Of a stretch of 64,000 nt of DNA, positions 1 through 14,088 are shown one piece after another. The notes below the pieces were generated by a model. That model saw only the letters and a list, made by a program, of their open reading frames with translations, was not told the origin of the DNA and searched no databases. The stretch lies in contig OZ024745.1 of NCBI GenBank assembly GCA_964016885.1, positions 55,800,001 to 55,864,000 on the forward strand, in the 5' to 3' direction. A program made the translations under genes and the position numbers. How positions within the stretch are numbered: the first letter of the stretch is position 1; every line of letters starts with the position of its first letter. This DNA is from Eledone cirrhosa (Eukaryota).

Positions 1-428
1 AATCATTCCTAGATCAGGGAGATTAATACGAATATAATTTCAGCGAGACCGTATCTCGGCGGTGGCCAAAACAAAACGAAATGCAATCTTTGAGATATGC
101 CGGCCAGCGCTCAATGGAGTAAGAAGAAATTAGAATAACCCCACCACAGCACAGACATGTTAAATCCCTATATATAGAACAACACACCACATACACATCA
201 GTTTGACAAGCGCACCTCAGCGTGAAAGGTCTTTCTAAAAACGAAACAATACCTCCTACGTTAATCAAGAACTCCTAAGACCTAACCAACAACCAACAAC
301 TTAATTTCTAAAAAAAATTTTTTCAGAGAATTTGTTCTAATCCGGAGAAAAATTATTTTTGAATTTTGTGAAGAAAATAAATTTGTTGAAAGCACAAGTG
401 AAGCCATTTTTTTCTTCCCCCCTGTCTT

Positions 429-494
<66 letters not shown>

Positions 495-537
495 AAGTAG
501 TCGGTTATTTTTATTCTGAGTACACACGCACACACAC

Positions 538-583
<46 letters not shown>

Positions 584-586
<3 letters not shown>

Positions 587-867
587 GGTTTGAGGTTCAC
601 CACTGTATGGAGCTGGTCTATTCCGTATAGTCAATCGTAATGCAATAATATAGAGAGGGCGACCGGCTGACGTTGAAGGAACAGAATAGCGGTCGCCCTC
701 GGGTCCTCGATTTTCAGCCCCATTGATTTTATCTATTACATTCACGTATTATATTTCGAATACCTGATGATATCACCGGATTCATACGGAACCCGGTCAT
801 TGAAATCATCATAGTATAATAAACCTTTCAAGGATTTACACAAATCCAGCCTCCTGTCATTTCATTA

Positions 868-872
<5 letters not shown>
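584..872 (+). mobile_element. Short PLE pseudo-LTR fragment between (TA)n tracts, carrying a hammerhead motif and AATAAA
   Basis: Flanked by (TA)n on both sides; contains CTGATGA...GAAA core followed by AATAAA at 818-823. Confidence 0.6.
760..817 (+). ncRNA. Type I hammerhead ribozyme (minimal stem III)
   Basis: ATAC-CTGATGA-(ACCGG...CCGGT stem II)-GAAA-T-CATC-ATA-GTAT; stem I ATAC/GTAT. Confidence 0.6.
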
Positions 873-906
<34 letters not shown>

Positions 907-911
<5 letters not shown>

Positions 912-1340
912 GTATGACCGAAGTTACAGCTGCGACTAGCAGGTTCACAATCGCATTTTGAAGGCTGCCACAAAGCACTCAATGAGAAGAAATCAATAAA
1001 TTAATGCTTAGAGTAATTAGCCTATCTTAGGTAATGTGACAAAATGAAAAACGTGACTAGATGCGTGCTGCCAACAACGAATATATAAATAGGTTAAAGA
1101 CGAACCCGGACCTGATCGATAAATATTAGATATTAAACGATACATGAACCCGACTGCCAACGAATATTTCGCTAACTTTAGCAGTAGATTCACGTGTTCT
1201 TTCTCAAGAAAAGAGGACTTCACATACGGGTTCTGGCGGATACATTCAAAAGTGTAAACAAAGGAATTATTCACAGCCTCGAATTAAGCTCACAACTAGG
1301 TTTTCAAACAAACAATAAATAATCAATCAAACAATTAATC

Positions 1341-1350
<10 letters not shown>
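907..1350 (-). mobile_element. Non-coding TA-inserted repeat, probable PLE 3' tail
   Basis: Bounded by (TA)n; minus strand has ACTC...TTGAGTGCT motif about 67 nt from the junction, as in other PLE tails here. Confidence 0.4.
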
Positions 1351-1371
<21 letters not shown>

Positions 1372-1664
1372 ATTACATGTGTGTGTGTGTGTGTGTGTGT
1401 AAATATACGGAATTATAATAGGGAGGTTGTGAGTTCGGGTTGGGCTTTGCGTTGTGTTCTTGAGCGAGACACTATATTTTGCATGGGCGACTGCTGGTCT
1501 TCCGCAATCAACATTGCTCCGACTTGTGCCTTGGAGGAGAACATTCCAGGTGCAAATCCCATTGATATATATATATATATACATATACAAACGGAAGGTA
1601 GGACGAGACACACAACTTTTCACTATTTAGTTTCCTCATCATGTCCCAAGCATTATTTAATTGA

Positions 1665-1772
1665 CCGCCGAGGTTAACTTTGCCTTTCATCCTTACGGGG
1701 TCGATAAAATAAATTACCAGTAATACACTGATATAATTGCTGGCCTTGTGCCAAAAGTAGAAACAACTATTC
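1665..1772 (+). mobile_element. 5'-truncated tRNA-derived SINE (octopus OR/OK-like)
   Basis: CGCCGAGGTTAACTTTGCCTTTCATCCTTACGGGGTCGATAAAATAAA...GGCCTTGTGCC shared with other copies in the window. Confidence 0.8.
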
Positions 1773-4700
1773 AATTGACTGGATGGTAGGTAGTATTTGC
1801 TTTGAAATGACGAAATTTAGCGATAATTTCATATTACCTAGTTATTTAAACTTTCGAAACGTGTCTTTGAATGCGTGCCTGACCTTGATATTATAATTGT
1901 ATCGCTATTGAAGGTGGCTGTCGATACTGATTTTTTTTAAAATTAGAAATAGCGTGTATTTGAGATAAGGTTACCATTTCTGATAAAAAAGTTTATCCAC
2001 GCAGACATACGCCATCTTAAATTGTTTTCTATCCTAAACTACTAGTTTAACCACATATTGCCTCATCTGTTTATTCATCTTTTTAAAGTAAATGGAATTC
2101 TAGGATATTTAATGGAATCCTTTTACTATTAATAATATTTCCCTAATGCTTCCGTTATCTTTCACTTATGGATACATTACATCTGATTTATACTTTCAGT
2201 TTCCTAACATGCACACCTCTGCCATGTTTATGAACAAATTTATGAGTGGATAAGAAGTATAACTAATGATCATATACATTCAGATGGCGATAGGAATATT
2301 CTCATGTGATATTCGGAATTATCTCTGACGATATGAGGCTGGCGAAATGAATGCACATCGTACGTGAGTTATGTATCTATGTTAAGATCTTCAATTAAAA
2401 GTTGGTACTAAATAGGCGTATACAAATGACATGAATTTAAACATAATTAGAACCAAACGATCTTATTGATTAAATCGTTTCTTACAAGATGAACCTAAAA
2501 TATTGGTATCATAAACTAAAATGAAATGCGCACGGCAGATTACATTCATTTCTTCCGTGTCAAAACACGATGAACTGTTGTGATGCCAATTACTCCTTTG
2601 AAACCAGTCTGTTTGGATGTTGTATAAACGTATTATTTCATAACAATATGGATATTTAGCAAATAAATATGATATAGCAAATAAAGAACTTAAATATGAG
2701 CTGTAGATAATTTACGGTCACATGAGCCTACAGAGTTAGATTCAAGAATCATTTAAATAAAAGAGATCAAAACAGCGTCCAACTCTCGAATATATGCTTA
2801 TTCATATAGCGCACATAGCATGTCGATTTCGAAAAAAATCATGTACACACTTAAAAGGTTCATCCCAATGGGAACTCAGGGCAGTCTCTCAAAAGTTGGT
2901 AATAAATGGGCACATAAAAAATTACATGATGAGAAAAGAATGGTCTTTTTATTCAATCGTTCCATCAAGCACTGAACATACAGGATGAAGCTAAATTATC
3001 TGAATCATAAACTAAAAAGCAATACAGTACTGGTATACAATACAATTTGGTATTCTATTGTGATGACTAATACCCTTTTCCAACATTTCTCTTTAGATGT
3101 TGTATAATCGACATCAGAAACATTATCACACAGTTTTGGAAGTGATAGGAATACTGCAATAGTCAATTGTATGTACTGACAAATCTGAGGAATTTCACGT
3201 TTAATATATCATATACAATACGTGACCTAAATCGCGATTTTTAATGTAAGGAATGATTCATAAATATGTTATTGAAATATATACAGCCAGTCCTACAGCA
3301 CTGTTATAAAAGCGGCAAATATATTGGAATATGTGCATGCATTAGTATATATAGTTTCAATGTCTGTGATACAATTGTTAATTCTGTTAACTAAATGTTT
3401 TAGAAACATATGTAAATCTGACTATTATACGGCTAGTCATTTATTTATTTCACATATCTTATGATACAGAGACTCAATGTCATTATACCGACGTACTGCA
3501 TTGAGTTTATGCTGACTGTTGAGTAATTCATTCATACCCGCCTGCAAATTACCATACACAGAAATAGGAAGGAATAGAGAATCAACATACAATGAGAAAT
3601 ATTTTTCTTTTTCAAAAGAAATTACTAAAATATATCGAATTTTAAGTAATGACATACGTACGTAAGATGTAAATGTATACTCACAGAAAGCTAATTAAGC
3701 TGCGGACGTTCAAACTGACAGAATATTTCAACAAATATCATCATCCCCAAAACAAGAATTCAACTTTAATCAAGAGCTATTCAATCAGACATATATGTAA
3801 AGCTCCAGCACATCTGTAACATCACCATAAAGTTGGTCATGAACAGTAAATGCTAGAACATACACGTATACAGAGCGTCAATAGCAATAAAGATATAGAC
3901 AGAGATTGAGTGATAAATTGCATCCAATGAAAGATAGTTGCCTAACTTGACTGCTCAATTTGCTAAACGAGTCAACGAAAACAATCCAAATTCATCCTGT
4001 AAGTTCTAAACTATACAAAGGAGTCAGTAAGTATAGTAGCCATATATTCCTTATTTTATAGATAGAAACGCATCGTTAGACAATTTTTGTAGTTTTTGAA
4101 TAATCCCGAAACGCCGTTAGGAATTATAACCACACTTGTATAAAAAAAAATACGTTGGATTCGTAATCCGTAAACATTTTCAAAAGGCTCAAAATGCTAG
4201 GGAGCAAGTTATAATAGGTACGAGAAAATATTAAAATGTGTTATCCGTGAATCAAAAAGACTAATGTTTAATCTGTTATACCAAGCATCATCACAAAGAT
4301 TGCAAAAAAAATGTGTCTATATAAAACGTCTATTGATCTTTGAATCTGTTCTCATGTATATTTAAGGTAATAATTTGTTAATGATCCCGAAAATTAAGCT
4401 ATGTAGTGTAGCACATGTTATTATTTTCTTTATATTATTTCACATTTTTTTAGTCAGTATTGATTCACACACCCGATATATGGCATTTCATATCTTTACT
4501 CGGCTTTTATTTTCCATGTTCTAGCATTTAAACTATATATCGCAGGCGAGTAGATTATCAAAGTTTCATTTCGTAAATGTAAGCTGTTATTCGTGTTCCC
4601 CAAAACCTTATCACAATAGTAATTCTGAGTATAAGAGTTACGATTTTCAAGAAATAAATGCATATAAAAATAGATAGTGTAAAATGATAGCTCCTGCGTT

Positions 4701-6389
4701 TATTATATAATTTAAATTTGATTAAACTGTTGCTAAATGTTTATTTAAGCAATTTAAGTATGTTAAACATTAATATGTTAATTCTGTGTAACACTGTTAG
4801 AATTTATATCTGTCAATGATAAACAATATACACCATACACGTGTGTTTGTGTATCAGGGTTAAAATACCTGCTAGATATTCTGATTTTCCCAACAGCTGT
4901 AGAATGCTGCACATTGTAGTGGAATTTGAAACGCTGCAACAGTTTGATCCGGCGGAATATCCTCTGCCCGTGATGTTTGCCATCATAACGAAAGCTGTTT
5001 CAGGCTGAAGAATCTAAGAAAAACGGATAAACTGTAGGAATTCCAAAAGGCAAACATTATAAGGAGAAAGTTCGATAGGGGAGAAGAGTGTACATAAATG
5101 GATTTAGCAGGGAACCATATATAACATAGGAGACGTCACTCAAGGTTCGATGAAATGGACAACGCTAACGAGAAAAAACAATACGCCTTGGTCCAAAGAT
5201 TTGTGTATTTATAGTTACATGAACCCATCAATCAGGCAGCATTTGCATGCGGCTTAAAAATATTTTTCTTTGATAATGCAACGATAATGGATCTGAATAT
5301 ATATAGATTGAACATGATATATGACAAAATAAACACTAGCGATAAATTCATACTATCTACACCAAAAAGAAATAGATAGTAATGTAAAACAACATAGGAG
5401 ATATGTTTGCCGATTAGATGAACATGCTTTTACAACTACCAGTAAGGTATATAAAATACAAAAATTGGCATTTCATCTGTAAAGTGTAAAAGTTCAAAAG
5501 AGAGTAATCATAAATGAAAATGATTTAGAGAAATGAATATGCATATTAACTACATGGACATATGCAATTCTTCAACAAAAGCAAATTGTATCTGCATCGT
5601 GTTATTTGCTCTGTCAAACAAAGGAAAGCAGGTAGCAATTTTGATACGGGGCATAATGAGACTTTATAAAATATGCATACTGAATTGGTTGACTTTACAT
5701 AAATAGGAATTGATGATAGAGAAATCGATAAAACTTGCAGTGAGTTCCTTGCACATTAAAGCATCATATCATTTAATAACAATTCATATTCAATTTATTA
5801 ACGGGAATAACGTGTTCTATTAAACCGTAAAGAAAATAATGAGATAGCAACGGCAGTAATATCTCGTCGTCACAGAGGGCTGTTTGCTTTAAACGTTTGA
5901 ACAAGTATCAAAAATTCAGTGATTTCCTGAGAAAATAAATGAACAACGCCCAGTCTGTATTTCAAATACCCATATGCCACTTCATCCTTATATACCCGTA
6001 CGATCATACACATATAGTCAGGCCACACACACATACACACGCACTCAGACAAGCGCCCATGCACACATATATATATGGCACTTCACCAATATGGGTGACT
6101 TGACACACGAGTTATTTCTCTCCCATCGAAATTTTCCCCATCCTTCCGCTTCTTCTCTATATATTCGTTATATCTAATGCTATATTCTGACGAGGGCGTA
6201 ATTTCGGATTCGTTGAAACTTTCAGTAAGCTTTTCCGACAAGCTTGAAACTAATACGACTGTGTTATTCCATCCCTGGGCCTGTCTATCCTGAACAATAT
6301 TTCAACGCTTACGTGGTAATCCTAATTCACTCCTGCACATATAAATGGTACTGTGGTATATTATCTCTCAACCCTTCGGCTCACTAACG

Positions 6390-7130
6390 TATTACCCACG
6401 GATTGCCCTTGGATTAACCAATGACTTCAATTCCACCGCACTAATCTTCATCGACCTTTCACCAGCTTTATTTGTGGTACTTTTAACTGGTACAAATCCA
6501 ACCAACATCTCATCTAGGTTAGCCCGTTCTCTAATCAGCCCTGTTGTAACTTCTTCGGTGAACTTCAAAATCTGCTCAACTAACTGAATGCCTCTATAGA
6601 TTTCTCTGTCTAGACCATCACCTTTGCCCTCATAGGTGTTGACGACAATGCTACTATGCAAGTCATTTGGTATGACACAAGTTTGTCACTTGGTTTAAAA
6701 TGCAGAACAATATGGTGTGGCCACCATTCCTGATGTTTTCAAAATCACGGAAACTATCCCTGAGTATCAGCCTACCCTGCCTGTCTTCAAATCCGTAATT
6801 AACTTACTTACTATACTGCTGCTGAGTTATGCAGCCAATCCTTCTGTTGGGCAACCACGGTGGAAACTATTTCCTTCCCATGCATTCTCTTCATTTAGTT
6901 ATCTTTCATGGTGTCTCTTCCATGCTACCATCATTACAGCGTCAGTTACGGTAAGTTCGCCATGCCCATTTCGGACACACTTCTCCCCACCGACATCTCA
7001 ATTTTCTCTGACACACTGTCTTGAACACATCATGCCATTGGTCTTTACATTTAAAAACATGCTTATGATCTTGTTTTCAAAGTACACATGTCACCGGGCT
7101 TCTCTCTTCGCATTCTGGTGGACTTCACTA
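6390..7130 (-). pseudogene. Decayed RTE-clade LINE reverse transcriptase fragment
   Basis: ORF 6392-6661 reads KGDGLDREIYRGIQLV...LVGFVPVKSTT, matching non-LTR RT motifs KGD..NYRGI.L and QFGF.PGRST. Confidence 0.75.
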
Positions 7131-7148
7131 TTATATTCATTTTTCCAA

Positions 7149-7208
<60 letters not shown>

Positions 7209-7407
7209 TGGAATCAACAACATAAGTTAATTATTTCATTTACCAGTTGTTTCTTGAAAGCAAATAAATCTGCTTTCAGTCGTCAGAATGAAAAAAATCC
7301 TGGTGTTTCTATTGAAGGTGGATTTGAAAACAAAAATATAATAAATATGAAAGTGAGCCTGAAAGAAGAAGAAAAAAAGAAAATAAATATAAAAGTATAA
7401 TACGCAT

Positions 7408-7810
<403 letters not shown>

Positions 7811-7908
7811 TATAAAAATAAATAAACGAATATAATGCATATACTAAAGTAAGCAGTCACATCACTTTACAAAGACAAAATACATATACATAAAATATAT
7901 ATATATAA

Positions 7909-9055
7909 TTTTGGCGGTAGTCTCCTTCATCCTATTTTCGGGAAAGTGTGAGATTTTCTTTAGAAATGCTGGACTAACAACCTACCAGCTCCCCCAAGCA
8001 CTGATGGTGATTATCGCTAAATATTGATGTTGATTTGGTTATCAATATTAATATTATTGATCACCCACTGAAGAATTATAAGAGCCCACTTGAATAAGTA
8101 TATGTTGATCTTATACAAGCTTCTACATAATTTGATAAAATTTCACCCAACTTGTAAAAATATTATAATGAAACCAGTCTTCTGGAAAGTGATATATTTG
8201 ATATATCTCATATGAAATGATACAGCCAATTCTCCACACAATGCAATATAGTTAGCACCCCGAACGTTTAATTAGGAATATACTCAGGTATTTCCTAATG
8301 TTTGTTGAGTGAGTTAGAATTTGGCCGGAGTATCGCTATTAGCTTTCTCCGATTATGTATTTATATATTTACTCTTGGAGCAGCAGATATGAACTTTCCC
8401 GATATAAGGTATAACTCTCTTTGTTTATTTTTTATATGAATATTGATTATTTGTTCTTGTATCTCATTCTGTTATTTTGCCCGATAAAATATCTATATGT
8501 GTCATTAAGCGATGCGCACATATGGTTATTTTTTCATATCCAATTGAGTTCTTAGCACGTGGCTTGAATTCTTATCAGAATTCAACGACCTGCGCATGTA
8601 TTGTTTTTGGCGGTAGTCTCCTTCCTCCTATTTTCGGGACAGTGTGAGATTTTCATTAGAACTGCTTGACTAACAACCTACCAGCTCCCTCAAGCACTGA
8701 TGGTGATTATCGCTAAATATTGATGTTGATTTGGTTATAAAATATTAATATTATTGGGCACCCACTGAAGAATTATAAGAGCCGACTTGAATAAGTATCT
8801 GTTGATCTTATACAAGCTTCTACATAATTTGGTATAATTTCACCCAACTTGTAGAAATCTTATAATGACACGAGTCGTCTGGGAAGTGATATATTTTTTA
8901 TATGTCATATGAAATGATGCAGCCAATTTTCCACACAATACAATACAATATAGTTAGCACCCCGAATGTTTAATTAGGAATATACTCAGGTATTTCCTAA
9001 TGTTTGTTGAGTGAGTTGGAATTTAGCCGGAGCATCGCTATTAGCTTTCTCCGAT

Positions 9056-9060
<5 letters not shown>
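7909..9060. repeat. Tandem direct duplication of about 450 bp (7909-8360 and 8605-9060)
   Basis: Both copies begin TTTTGGCGGTAGTCTCCTTC and end CTTTCTCCGATTATGTAT; TA-flanked. Confidence 0.85.
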
Positions 9061-9098
<38 letters not shown>

Positions 9099-9124
9099 CA
9101 CATACATATATATATATATATATT

Positions 9125-9155
<31 letters not shown>

Positions 9156-9156
9156 G

Positions 9157-9780
9157 TCAGGTCACCAGTTGGTGCTACTGGTAACATGTATCCCAGTACA
9201 ACCTGTCTCATGGTCGGGTCGTTGGCGACTAAACTGGCAACCCCACCAAGGTTTCTTGGTGAGGAGGGTGACTTTGGACATCCTGCAGGATTAAAAACAA
9301 AACCTGTCAAAGGGCAAAAGAGCTCTTAAGAGTCAATGGCCATCCAAAATCACCGGGAGAACAAGTCAATATCATTGGATACCCCTTAGCCTTTGTCAAG
9401 GCAGAATTCTAGGAGAAGGAAAACTCTGATATAACACCTGCAACCCTGATGGTATCCAATGATGTTGACTTGTTCTTCTTTTTGGTAAATATCATCTTGG
9501 TTAAGAGAGTGGGACTGGCTTTGTGCAGTGCCTTTGCTCACTATAAAAGCTTCACGGCACAGGCATTGCTTTATATCTGGAGATCTCTCTGCACTTGTCA
9601 TCACATGGTACCATGGGCCCAGCACTATGTGTCAGTAATTGTCACAAGTGTAGTGTCTGTACCAGAGTTTTCAAGTGGCTGGCTGGATTGAAAAGTCACA
9701 CTCGTTCAGCGCATCGGTAGGGGTTCTCCTACATGGATATAAAGTAGTGGCCGTACTCGAAAACGAGTTGGCAGCCACCA
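9157..9780. mobile_element. Interspersed repeat with RTE-5'UTR-like segment; second copy at 33183-33563
   Basis: 9401-9780 is near-identical to 33183-33563; 26-bp internal inverted repeat at about 9358-9383/9451-9476. Confidence 0.7.
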
Positions 9781-9862
9781 TATATATATATATATATATA
9801 TATACATATCTATACAAACATATATACACACACACACATACATAAAGTTACATCAACACATA

Positions 9863-10032
9863 ATTGTTTCTACCAGCAATTAACCAGTGCATTACTGGTA
9901 CTTTATTTTATCGACCCCGTAAGGATGAAAGGCAAAGTCAACCTCGGTGGGATTTGAACTAAGATCGTAAAGGGACGTAACTATGCTGGAAAGCATGGCG
10001 TCCGACCCTCTACCGATACTGCCAATCCACCA
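9863..10032 (-). mobile_element. tRNA-derived SINE
   Basis: Reverse complement of SINE body with B-box GTTCAAATCC. Confidence 0.85.
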
Positions 10033-10091
10033 TCAACACATAGTAGTATATCATTTGGGCGGTTACATAAAAACATAATATTATATCATTA

Positions 10092-10240
10092 GGGCGGTGG
10101 ATTGGCAGTATCTGTAGAGGGTCGGACACCATGCTTGGTTGCATAGGGTTACGTCCCTTGCCATTCTGAGTTCAAATCCCGCCGAGGTTAACTTTGTCTG
10201 GGTAATTGCTGGCCTTGTGCCAAAAAAGTAGAAACAATTA
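10092..10240 (+). mobile_element. tRNA-derived SINE (internally deleted)
   Basis: GGCGGTGGATTGGCAG...GAGTTCAAATCCCGCCGAGG; A/B-box-like head. Confidence 0.85.
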
Positions 10241-10507
10241 GACCTTTCATACATATATATATATATATAGTATTAATTATACTATTTATGGTTATGTAAA
10301 TACAAAAACCTTTTGCAGTTATATATATTTTTATACAAACCCTAAATAGTGGTAGGCAGTAATATATTACTACCTTATTACCAGTAAGTTAAGTAGCTCA
10401 ATGTAAAAACATCAGATGATTTACAGAGCAGTTATATGAATCAAAGAATCAAAGAACTGTTCAGTAAGCATAAAAATGTTTTGAACAGTTCTCTGATTCT
10501 TATATTT

Positions 10508-10580
<73 letters not shown>

Positions 10581-10736
10581 AAATTTCAAGTTATCAAAAA
10601 TGTAGGGATAATATATCATCACATTAGAGATGAACAGCGTACGTGTAGGTTTGCTCAACGATTATAAATTATATTCCGGAGAAAATGTAGAAAAGATGAA
10701 TATAAATGAAAGTGCTTTTATAAAGAAATTTATTAG

Positions 10737-10855
10737 GTATTGACATATGTTTCTGTAACAGACGGAATACCTATGTATCGCTGCTTGCGTAATCATATAA
10801 TATTAGCACGTAATCGATAGCAAATGTATAATCAGTTGTCACTTCTTCAGAGATA
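10737..10855 (-). ncRNA. Hammerhead ribozyme with elongated stem II
   Basis: CTGAAGA-(GTGACA...TGTTAC, about 90 nt)-GAAAC-ATAT-GTC; palindromic stem III; stem I imperfect. Confidence 0.55.
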
Positions 10856-11447
10856 TTGGATAAATTGGAAAAAATCAGAAAAATCAAAGTATTTATATTA
10901 GTCGTAAGAAAGGAAGAGGAGGGGGGAAGTATATGACAGATGGCAATTCAATTTGCTGGCAATTCAATTTGCTGGTAAACAAGTGTATAGAAGGTTTTTA
11001 ATGAGAATACAATGTGTCTCAATTCAATTCCCTGAAGCAGATACCAACGGCCTGCCATACCATTGTTGTTATACAGTAGCAGTGAAAATCTCTTTTCCTT
11101 ACTTGACACCTTATATCTGTATTAATGCTCCCACACCAAGCCACCAGCCCTGTCCATTGTTCAACTGGTCTAATATAAATTAAAATCGGCACTCCTAAAA
11201 ATTCTTATTTAGATAAGATAAGCCATATACGCATTGTATTCTCATTAAAAACCTTCTATACATTTGTTTACCAGCAACTTGAATTGCCATCTGTCATATA
11301 CTTTCCCCTCTCCTCTTCCTTTCTTACGACTAATATAAATACTTTGATTTTTCTGATTTTTTCCAATTTATCCAATATCTTTGAAGAAGCGACAACTGAT
11401 TATACATTTTCTATCGATTACGTGCTAATAATATATGATTACGCAAG

Positions 11448-11604
11448 TACATTACTGGTACTTTATTTTATCGACCCTGTAAGGATGAAAGGCAAAGTTA
11501 ACCTGCCGAGGTTAACTTTGCCTTTCATCCTTACGGGGTCGATAAAATAAAGTACCAATAATGCACTGGATAATTGCTGGCCTTGTGCCAATAGTAGAAA
11601 CAAT
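11448..11604 (+). mobile_element. 5'-inverted SINE with 16-bp target-site duplication
   Basis: Inverted SINE segment then sense segment; TATATGATTACGCAAG at 11432-11447 and 11605-11620. Confidence 0.85.
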
Positions 11605-11726
11605 TATATGATTACGCAAGCAGCGATACATAGGTATTCCGTCTGTTACAGAAACATATGTCAATACCTAATAAATTCCTTTATAAAAGCACTTTCATTT
11701 TATATTCATCTTTTCTATGTATATAT

Positions 11727-12228
11727 TTGTTATACTTGGGGAGGGTCATATTGTTGTAATAATATTGCCAGAAATAATAACAGAACACACTCACTGTTAG
11801 GTAGGTTTTCGCGTCTGTATCTTTTATATTTACATAGTTTATTTATTTGCCAATAAATGGTTATCATTGACTGACCAACGGTTAAAAATACAGATATAAA
11901 TATATATATAATCTAACAAAGTTCTTTCGCTGCACATCTGCAACATCATCAGTGGTACTATTTCCTCCGATTGTCTCACATACGTTTAATGATTTCGAAG
12001 CAAATTCTCTTTCTAAATTCACTAGACGTATCTGAAGAACTTGCGAATCCAGAGTCAGTTTCGATCCACGTACAGATCGCACCTCGAGTAGAATTTGTAA
12101 TACGTATTAAATTGTGTTTCGAAGCACCACTAATTCTTCGTTTTCCATATTATCATACTCTGCTCTGAAGGAGCATAGAGTGCTCAAACTGCATACCATC
12201 TATGGACGCATCCTAGAAACCATATTAC
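11727..12228 (-). mobile_element. Non-coding relative of the Neptune-like PLE pseudo-LTR, with degenerate hammerhead at 11915-11956
   Basis: Shares TTGTTATACTTGGGAGGGTCAT...AGAACACACTCACTG and CTGAYGATGTTGCAGATGTGCARCGAAAG with 29869-30120. Confidence 0.7.
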
Positions 12229-12238
12229 ATATATATAC

Positions 12239-12321
<83 letters not shown>

Positions 12322-12322
12322 C

Positions 12323-12353
<31 letters not shown>

Positions 12354-12403
12354 CTGTGTATATACACAACACACACATATATATGCATATATATATATAA
12401 ATG

Positions 12404-12467
<64 letters not shown>

Positions 12468-13977
12468 TGTGCGTGTGTGTTTATATAAATATATTTATGT
12501 TGGTATGTATGTGTGGTTGTGTTTACATACAACCATTGCGTGACAGAATAATATCAAAATGAAACAATAATTCCTAATATTTGTAATCATTTTAGAAATT
12601 CACATGAAAGTTTTGTATGATTTAGGAAATATTATCATAAATCAATACATATATATTGATAGCGATCTATGTATGTCTTTGTATCTCTGCAGTTTCTTTG
12701 ATTCTCTCACACTCTATCATTCCCCCTTTTTGCTCCGTCTTTTAAGTTTAACGGGATAAAATCTAGAGAAGTATAAATTGAGCTTGGCCTTGAAAAAATG
12801 CATACTCACACAAGCAGGCACACACACAGACACACATACACTTACACACACTTACATACACACACATGCACGCACCCACTCACACGCACACATACACGCA
12901 CTTATGGGTGTCTGTGGATATTTGAGTGCATACATGTCACCAATCGCTGTCAGGACCTCTGTCGGCTGCAATCAGTTGATGCCCATCTTTTCTAGAGCAT
13001 TAGTGTGTACAGTTTGCTGGTATATTTGTCTGGTACGGTTAGTTCAGGGTTTAACAGTTCCTGCTTGGTTTAATGTATCATTGAGCCTCTGGATGTGGGG
13101 AATTAGGATGACTGTTGGTTTATTGTTTACATTGACTGTAATAAAGATCAGCTCAAGTCAACTGAGAGTGTTTTACGCATATATATATATTATATATATA
13201 TATATACATGCGTGTGTAAATGTAGAAGTGTGTCTGTTTGTTCCTGCATACGTATGTTTCTACACAGCACGATCCGATTTTTAATGTATATCAGAAATCA
13301 ATTTTTTACAAAAACTGTTGGTGGACATTTAATGCAAGCGAGTCCTTTATTGTTTCATTTCGTGAAAAGTATCACATACAGGGAAACTAAATTCATTTTT
13401 ACATAATAAATAAAATACAAATTACATAAAAATATTACGATAATGCATTTTTACCATCGGCATCAAATATTCAAACGATTCGTTTTAAAATAATTTTATG
13501 AAGATTATTTGATATGTCACGTTAAATAATTTGTTCTACCTTTCTTTTTAGGGAAATCAAAAGTAGACTAAGAAAACTTAAATCATTACAATGAAAATAA
13601 TATAGCTGTCAATATCACCGATTTTCAGAATCTGAATGCATTTCGCGTTGCAACAAAATACATTAATTTTAATGTTAAATTGAAAATAAAAAAGTTCAAG
13701 CAAATACTAGAGAAATAATAACGAAATATTTAAAAAATAAATTCTTTCACATTACAATGGAACTCTAAAAAAATAGATGGAGATTCATTTAGGGAATGTT
13801 TTAAAATAGCATATTTTTATCTTGTAAGTTTTTCTATATTTTTCTGCCTGTCATATGGATGATATAGATTTAAACAGTATGAAAACAAAAGTAATCAGAA
13901 CAGGAAAATCGGTAATATTAAGAACAGTAACAAAAATAAACACACCAGCGACAACTACTGTTTCTACTGCTGCTGCT

Positions 13978-13979
13978 GT

Positions 13980-14035
<56 letters not shown>

Positions 14036-14088
14036 GTAATATTACTACTACTACTACTACTACAACTACTACTACTACTACTACTACA
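13978..14088. repeat. (ACT)n trinucleotide microsatellite
   Basis: Direct reading. Confidence 0.95.

Larger units (their letters stand above)
10578..11720 (-). mobile_element. Fold-back PLE pseudo-LTR insertion (arms about 10685-11020 / 11225-11720)
   Basis: Long inverted repeat carrying a hammerhead motif and AATAAA; TA-flanked. Confidence 0.8.

Noticed and set aside
1-350. Partial element at window start with CTC-cat-TGAGCGCT motif on minus
   Set aside because: Truncated by the window edge; identity cannot be supported
6181-6270. CTGACGA...GAAAC hammerhead-like motif
   Set aside because: Could not assign stem III, cleavage triplet and stem I consistently; at best a decayed copy
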